Shown: positions 31,768 to 36,470 of the stretch, piece after piece
How positions within the stretch are numbered: position 1 is the stretch's first letter
Layout: every line of letters begins with the position of its first letter
Source of the DNA: a virus
Taxonomy: Duplodnaviria > Caudoviricetes
Virus record (IMG/VR): IMGVR_UViG_3300042517_000526
Span: 1-36,470 of that record
Length of the DNA: 36,470 nucleotides
Reading direction: 5' to 3' (one strand)
The notes under the pieces: model-generated
The model's input: the letters and a program-made list of their open reading frames with translations, nothing else
What the model was told of the DNA's origin: nothing
Database searches by the model: none
Translations under genes and position numbers: made by a program

Positions 31768-32034
31768 TTAAGCGATCGTGCTGAATGTCACGGCGGTGTT
31801 GGTAAGTCTGGCAAAATCCGTATTCGACAGGCGCAACTCTTGGCGGAACGCCGTTGGGCCAGAGACGCCAGGGTGAGCAAATGAATCGGGCAAAGTCTCT
31901 GTGACTGTCTCGATCCTTTTGTATTTTCTAAAGTGTTTTACCACGGTGCCGTCTGTTCCCGTGATGTAGACGTACTCGTCCGTGTTGCTGATGTTCTGAG
32001 AAATTCCAGCCGTCACTCCGTATGTCATCGCCAT
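31768..32034 (-). CDS. Small tail tube-like protein (possible paralog)
   Basis: 88 aa, beta/Thr-rich; follows the tail terminator; has a TTGACA element. Confidence 0.5.
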   Translation of the reverse strand: MAMTYGVTAGISQNISNTDEYVYITGTDGTVVKHFRKYKRIETVTETLPDSFAHPGVSGPTAFRQELRLSNTDFARLTNTAVTFSTIA

Positions 32035-32051
32035 ATTGTTTTTTCCCTACG

Positions 32052-32057
32052 TGTCAA
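32052..32057 (-). promoter_or_regulatory. TTGACA element 17 nt upstream of ATG 32034
   Basis: One of seven start-proximal copies. Confidence 0.55.
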
Positions 32058-32452
32058 CTAGGCGTGACAAAGGCGGTGAATTTCACCGAATCCTCCATCA
32101 CCTTGTCGTTGCTTCCTGTGCTTTCTTCGCCCAAATATCCGCCCATCAGAGTGGCACCGGCTATGGTAGTTACGGCCGTCAGCTTTGTGTTTAGCCAGTC
32201 AAAGTTAGTCCTATGGGCCGTCACCGTACTGGTAACTTCCAGCGGCGTCATAATCGAACATGTAAAAGTCACCTTGCGGGTGGTGGCTAGAGATCCCTCA
32301 ACAACTGGCACGCTCGACTCTGCGTGAACGATGCAGGCGGGTAGCTGTAACTCCGCAATCCTGTGCCCCGCTTGAACGTATAGCCCGGCTGGCTTACTGG
32401 CTGTGGATAGGTAGGCGGCCAAGCCGTCCTCCGCTGCAAGCCTCAAACTCAT
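32054..32452 (-). CDS. Tail terminator-like protein
   Basis: LPACIVHA motif; ATG 32452 overlaps the upstream stop. Confidence 0.6.
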   Translation of the reverse strand: MSLRLAAEDGLAAYLSTASKPAGLYVQAGHRIAELQLPACIVHAESSVPVVEGSLATTRKVTFTCSIMTPLEVTSTVTAHRTNFDWLNTKLTAVTTIAGATLMGGYLGEESTGSNDKVMEDSVKFTAFVTPS

Positions 32453-32757
32453 CGCACATCCTCTGGATCTGCCAAGATAAGAGTCGTGACGCCTTGATCG
32501 GATTGTACGCCAGTGAGTCTTTTGGGTGATCCGCCCACGGTCACGATCGTCATTAAGGCTGGCAGGCTGACGGCGGCCGTTAGGCAAACGAACTCCGCAT
32601 TTTGTGGATTCACGAATCCGCCCATGCCCAGCTCTGCGGTTTGTTCGCTAGGTGTGTAGACGCCACGGACGGCGAGGCCGGAGATGGTCGCAGTCGTCGG
32701 CATGGCCGCAATCATATCGGCCACCCCTGTGGTCATTAGGGTTTGAATTTCGGTCAC
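32449..32757 (-). CDS. Head-tail joining protein (gpFII-like)
   Basis: 102 aa, beta-rich (VRGVYT...DQGVTTLIL); position in operon. Confidence 0.65.
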   Translation of the reverse strand: MTEIQTLMTTGVADMIAAMPTTATISGLAVRGVYTPSEQTAELGMGGFVNPQNAEFVCLTAAVSLPALMTIVTVGGSPKRLTGVQSDQGVTTLILADPEDVR

Positions 32758-33311
32758 TGTTGGGAGCTGGTTGTCAAAGTTCCTTCGTCTAAGAGTTTGC
32801 GGGCGTAGACGATAAACACGTCGGTGCAGTCGCCTTGTCGATCAATGCGGTAGATGGTCATGCACTGCCTACTTATCCAGTCGCATATCTTGCGATGGGT
32901 GGCGTCACCGTGCGTTTCAATAGCCACCGCCTGAAGGCTGGGGAGTAAAGTTTCTATGGCGGCCAAGTGCTCCTCCGCCCCCTCTATATCGCTTTTAATA
33001 TGGGTAATCGATTGAGCTGTAATCCAGTCACAGATCTGAGCTGGGCTAGCGATTGACGCTTCTAAAAAATGAGCGCCTAGCTCATGAGTTAGCAGCGCGA
33101 TGTCCGAGTTGTTTTGATCGATGCCAAGGTAAAATGCGGGTTTCTGTCCTAGGTAAAAGTATGGCGTGCCAAGACGATCCGCTCGTAGTGGCTCGTCCCA
33201 AAAAGCACAGCCTAAATCTAAGACTCTGCTTTGACTGTCCACGGGCATGTGTGCCCAATGGATCGACGGGTTCTCGTCGCATACCCTGCCCCGCTCTATT
33301 TTACTATCCAT
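32754..33311 (-). CDS. SAM-dependent methyltransferase, FkbM-like
   Basis: RVLDLGC motif I; HIKSDIEGAE and AIETH FkbM signatures; AGAGGA RBS before ATG 33311. Confidence 0.8.
   Translation of the reverse strand: MDSKIERGRVCDENPSIHWAHMPVDSQSRVLDLGCAFWDEPLRADRLGTPYFYLGQKPAFYLGIDQNNSDIALLTHELGAHFLEASIASPAQICDWITAQSITHIKSDIEGAEEHLAAIETLLPSLQAVAIETHGDATHRKICDWISRQCMTIYRIDRQGDCTDVFIVYARKLLDEGTLTTSSQQ
32772..32777 (-). promoter_or_regulatory. TTGACA element 14 nt upstream of GTG 32757
   Basis: One of seven start-proximal copies; lies in the last codons of the MTase. Confidence 0.5.
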
Positions 33312-33970
33312 CGCGTCCTCTTTTCTTTTGCCGTGGCCACGCGGGTGGCGTGTTGATGTTCCTTGTGAAATTCCGGCCCTGGACAAAACGTGCCGCCCTC
33401 TGCCCCTATGTTTTGTATCCGACTTACGTGCGGGAATAGTTCACTCATCCCCGTCCGTTCACGCACCCGCTGAACGGATCCGTCCCAGAAGTTGCAATCC
33501 CATGCGGGAACCAGGTGTCTTTCAAATCGATCGCGCCAGGTTGCCCAGCCCCAAGGTGTGAACCAGTTTCTAAATCCGCTGGCGTCGTTCTCGGCATTTT
33601 CGCCGTGTTGATTGTAGCCAGATACCGTGAGCACTTTTGGGCCAGCGTTCTGTCCTGCCCACTCGAACCAGCGCAGGCAGTCCGGGCTGGGAACAGTGTC
33701 GTCCTCTAGGTGGATGTGGTAATCCGATTTTTTAAACCCGTACTTCATCGCGTACTGAATGGCAGATCCGCAGCCCATGTGATGATCTGGAATGTGCACG
33801 CCGATGCCGTGCCCCTTGGCAATTTCTGAAAGCTCCGCCGTCTTGTCCGATGGATCTAGAATGGCGGTGATCTCGTACTCACCCACGCCGTCACACCACG
33901 CCAATGCCTTTAACACTTGGGCAAAGTATGTAGGCCGATTGTAGCCCGATATGGTGAGCGTCTTATCCAT
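33296..33970 (-). CDS. GT-A glycosyltransferase (GnT-I/GT13-like)
   Basis: YNRPTYFAQVLKAL, HLEDD, PDCLRWFE, VSGYN, PWGWATWRDRF, SRIQNIGAEGG. Confidence 0.85.
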   Translation of the reverse strand: MDKTLTISGYNRPTYFAQVLKALAWCDGVGEYEITAILDPSDKTAELSEIAKGHGIGVHIPDHHMGCGSAIQYAMKYGFKKSDYHIHLEDDTVPSPDCLRWFEWAGQNAGPKVLTVSGYNQHGENAENDASGFRNWFTPWGWATWRDRFERHLVPAWDCNFWDGSVQRVRERTGMSELFPHVSRIQNIGAEGGTFCPGPEFHKEHQHATRVATAKEKRTRWIVK

Positions 33971-36110
33971 TTGCCTTTAGCAAGGCGTATGCCGCCAGAT
34001 TGCCGCCCGTGCCTTTATTGTTTTGCAAGGCGTCAGCGCCTAACCCTTCCGGCCTAATCTTTAGAGAGTTGCCACGATTTAGTTCAGGCGTGTTGCAGAC
34101 GAGCGTAGCTGTCCCAGCCTTACGCAGCTCCGTGCTCATCATGTAATCGTCAGCAAGGAACTTGGCGCGAGCCACAGGACTCAGGCCAGCGAACTCACTT
34201 GCTGGGATGGCTGGCCATAGCTCGGCTTTCGGCATGTCCGAACGCCGACACATCACGCCGCCGAATCCTTCCAAAATCTCGGCATGGCCGCCGTGATCTG
34301 GGGCGATGGCGTAGCCAGTCGCACCAGTCATAAAAAATCCGCAGACACCTAACGCCGTTTTTGGTCTGGTATCTAATTCTTCGGCGAGGGTCTGCAAAAG
34401 CAGTGGGCTGTAAAGGATGTCGTCATCCAGCCAGCAAATCTTGTCGTCGGGATCCCCGCCTACTTCCAGCGGGCCGATAAACTTTGTAGCTGGGCCGTAG
34501 TCCTTAGTGCGGTGAATTTGAAATTTACCAGCATCGGCCAGCGCCTGTAGCTCTTTTGGAATATCTCCAAAGCGTTCGCCTGTGCGTGCCAGTTTTTCAG
34601 GCACAGATAGAATGATCTGATCGGCTGGGCGCGATTGCGCCAGCAGGCTCTGAATTGTGGGCAGAATCTTGCCGATTCGTGTAGGCGTAGTGGTTAAACC
34701 GACGATGACGTTCCCCGTTTGATCAACAGGATCTGGCAGGCGTGTGGCCCCGGCTGGCAGTGTGCCTTGTCCTAAAAGATCCATGTCCCAGCGCAAGCTA
34801 GGCACTACCACGTCTTTGCCGCACTTTACAAAAAGCAGAACTCTGCCGAGGGTTTTGCTGATCGCGTCCTCAACGCTTGTGCAAATGTTTAGGCGTTTGC
34901 CGAATTTATCTTCGCCGGGGTTTGTAATGAATAGATGTTGCAACCCAGCGGGCTGATCGGATGTGTCCATCATCAGCTTTGATGTTCGTACTACGTCTGG
35001 CAGCTCCCCTTGGTAAATGATGGTGACCTGCCCCCAGGCTGCTCGGAACGCTTCTTTAAGGCATCGATCTGCGTCGGCTGTTTGGCCGACAACTCGGAGC
35101 GATTGTTCCAGTAAGAAATTTGGCATGTGGCCGTACCACTTGGCGTCCAGATTCCAGATGACTCCGGCCGGTGGCGTGAGCGTCATAATCATCTGAAGCA
35201 GTCGCACTGCTTCGTGATAGTTGCCGTCGTCCATGAGTTGCGTTGCGTAGTGGCCGTAAGCCTCGCGGCGTGTGGGCTGAATCATTACTGCCTCACCCAG
35301 ATATTTTCTGCGTTTTGCTGGGTCTGCACACATTATGCCTGCCATGCACAAAAGCTGGTACCGTTCCGTGATGCCTACGTCTTGATGTTCTAAAGCAAGG
35401 AGCACGGGGCCGATGGCAGTCTGGTAATCGTTACGCAGAAACGACTCCATCCCAATATAATACCAGTTCATCCCAGCACCTTCTAAGACACTGTTTAGGA
35501 TTCGCTTGTTGCGATCGCTGGAGTTCTTTTTGCAGTTGTTCGGTGCGTGGACGATGACGAGGCCGTCGGCTAGTCCGACTTCCGTATTTGGGATTGGCTT
35601 CACCCGTTCGTGGATTGCCCGTTCCCAGATGGCTGGCAAGAATCCGTCGGCCTGCCTTCGGAATATCCGTTCTCGGCGATTGTGCCTCATGCCACTGTTC
35701 TGGACGTCGTACCGTGTGACTAGGATGTCCCAGCCTTTGTTTGTCTTTTCTCGTTCCTCAATAACGTGCCGGTGGATCTTAGCCTGGTCGCCGTCAAACA
35801 AGTCATCGCAATCTGCCCAGATGACGTACTTCCCTTTTGCCAAATTAAACGCCTGATTGCGGGCAGCGGCGAAATTATCAATATGAGGCCAGTCCCTGTG
35901 CTCTGGGCTGTTCTGGTATTCCCCCCAGACTAAAGCCTCGCCAGCGGCCTCCTGAGCGCAAATACGCACACTGTGCGCCTCATTTTTACCTACTGCCGCC
36001 ACGACGACGACCTCGTCCCATAGGCCACGGGCGGATTGAATGAGGCGTTTAAGAATGTCGCCCTCGTTGGGGCCGACGATTAAAGCAAGAGACACTAGGG
36101 GGTTTTTCAT
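33963..36110 (-). CDS. Multidomain glycosyltransferase: GT2 + TPR + second GT-A
   Basis: SLALIV, NFAAARN, IWADCDD, RERIFR, IHERV; TPR-like helices (PTRREAY); C-terminal LTTTPTR, DYGPATK, LDDDILY, EGFGG, ADD. Confidence 0.9.
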   Translation of the reverse strand: MKNPLVSLALIVGPNEGDILKRLIQSARGLWDEVVVVAAVGKNEAHSVRICAQEAAGEALVWGEYQNSPEHRDWPHIDNFAAARNQAFNLAKGKYVIWADCDDLFDGDQAKIHRHVIEEREKTNKGWDILVTRYDVQNSGMRHNRRERIFRRQADGFLPAIWERAIHERVKPIPNTEVGLADGLVIVHAPNNCKKNSSDRNKRILNSVLEGAGMNWYYIGMESFLRNDYQTAIGPVLLALEHQDVGITERYQLLCMAGIMCADPAKRRKYLGEAVMIQPTRREAYGHYATQLMDDGNYHEAVRLLQMIMTLTPPAGVIWNLDAKWYGHMPNFLLEQSLRVVGQTADADRCLKEAFRAAWGQVTIIYQGELPDVVRTSKLMMDTSDQPAGLQHLFITNPGEDKFGKRLNICTSVEDAISKTLGRVLLFVKCGKDVVVPSLRWDMDLLGQGTLPAGATRLPDPVDQTGNVIVGLTTTPTRIGKILPTIQSLLAQSRPADQIILSVPEKLARTGERFGDIPKELQALADAGKFQIHRTKDYGPATKFIGPLEVGGDPDDKICWLDDDILYSPLLLQTLAEELDTRPKTALGVCGFFMTGATGYAIAPDHGGHAEILEGFGGVMCRRSDMPKAELWPAIPASEFAGLSPVARAKFLADDYMMSTELRKAGTATLVCNTPELNRGNSLKIRPEGLGADALQNNKGTGGNLAAYALLKANG

Positions 36111-36123
36111 ATTTTTTGAGTGG

Positions 36124-36157
36124 GAAAGCCCGGACGCACCCCCCGATGCGTCCGGGC
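36124..36157 (-). terminator. Intrinsic terminator-like hairpin after the capsid gene
   Basis: 11-bp GC stem GCCCGGACGCA/TGCGTCCGGGC with 8-nt loop, followed by only TTT on the minus strand. Confidence 0.7.
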
Positions 36158-36177
36158 AACCCGGATGATTCTGTAAC

Positions 36178-36470
36178 TTACACGATCCGAACTAGCGAAC
36201 TGGCCGATCCCTTTGCCGCACCGTAGATGAGGCAATAGGTGCGCTGCACGCTGCCGGTCACGAGCGAGTACGACTCGCGAACCTGGAGCGAGAGACCGCT
36301 CTTGGCTTCCGTCACGTTGGCAACGGTGCCGCTGAACTCAACATTAGGAATCTCGGGCAGACGAGCCGCCACGATGATCGCTTCCTGTTGGGCGATGAAT
36401 CCTTTGGATACCGCAGAAGGCAGCGAAGCGTAGTTAAATACGTTCACGCCGTGAATTTCGCCAAGGCTGG
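36178..36470 (-). CDS. Major capsid protein, 3' part
   Basis: In-frame continuation of 1..702 through the 116-bp overlap; SGLSLQVRESY...LIYGA C-terminal capsid motif. Confidence 0.88.
   Translation of the reverse strand, partial: SLGEIHGVNVFNYASLPSAVSKGFIAQQEAIIVAARLPEIPNVEFSGTVANVTEAKSGLSLQVRESYSLVTGSVQRTYCLIYGAAKGSASSLVRIV
36355..36470. repeat. 116-bp terminal direct repeat, right copy
   Basis: Identical to 1-116. Confidence 0.97.

Noticed and set aside
32754-33311. DNA methyltransferase or DNA hypermodification gene
   Set aside because: No DPPY/NPPY or PC motif; FkbM-type signature; no base-hydroxylase or nucleotide-modifying partner nearby
36355-36470. Biological terminal repeat of the virion DNA
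   Set aside because: It falls mid-capsid gene and far from the terS-proximal candidate cos region; best explained as assembly overlap of a circular contig

Overview
This window is an apparently complete, circular ~36.35 kb temperate siphovirus-type phage genome. Bases 1-116 repeat exactly at 36355-36470, and the major capsid gene crosses that junction. Nearly all genes are on the minus strand. Modules: (1) lambda-like packaging and head genes (small terminase, GpA large terminase, lambda-family portal, protease with a nested scaffold, Ser/Thr-rich capsid). (2) A glycosyltransferase/methyltransferase cassette directly after the capsid gene. (3) Tail genes: two miniature tube-like proteins, a short tape measure, and NHL-propeller and LamG-like adhesins. 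(4) Lysis genes: holin-like, Rz/Rz1-like pair, M15 endolysin. (5) A metallophosphoesterase cluster. (6) A lysogeny module: two divergent ribbon-helix-helix genes, xis-like gene, tyrosine integrase, and an attP resembling a tRNA-Ser 3' end. (7) Replication genes: exonuclease, SSB-like protein, primase-helicase, and an iteron/palindrome origin. A Verrucomicrobia-like host is my inference only. The most notable features are a probable virion glycosylation and methylation system, a TTGACA(C) element only 13-19 nt upstream of seven late-gene starts, an all-RHH lysis/lysogeny switch, and an attP placed so that integration cuts the replication operon off from its upstream regulatory region. All family assignments come from motif recognition by eye, with no database searches.
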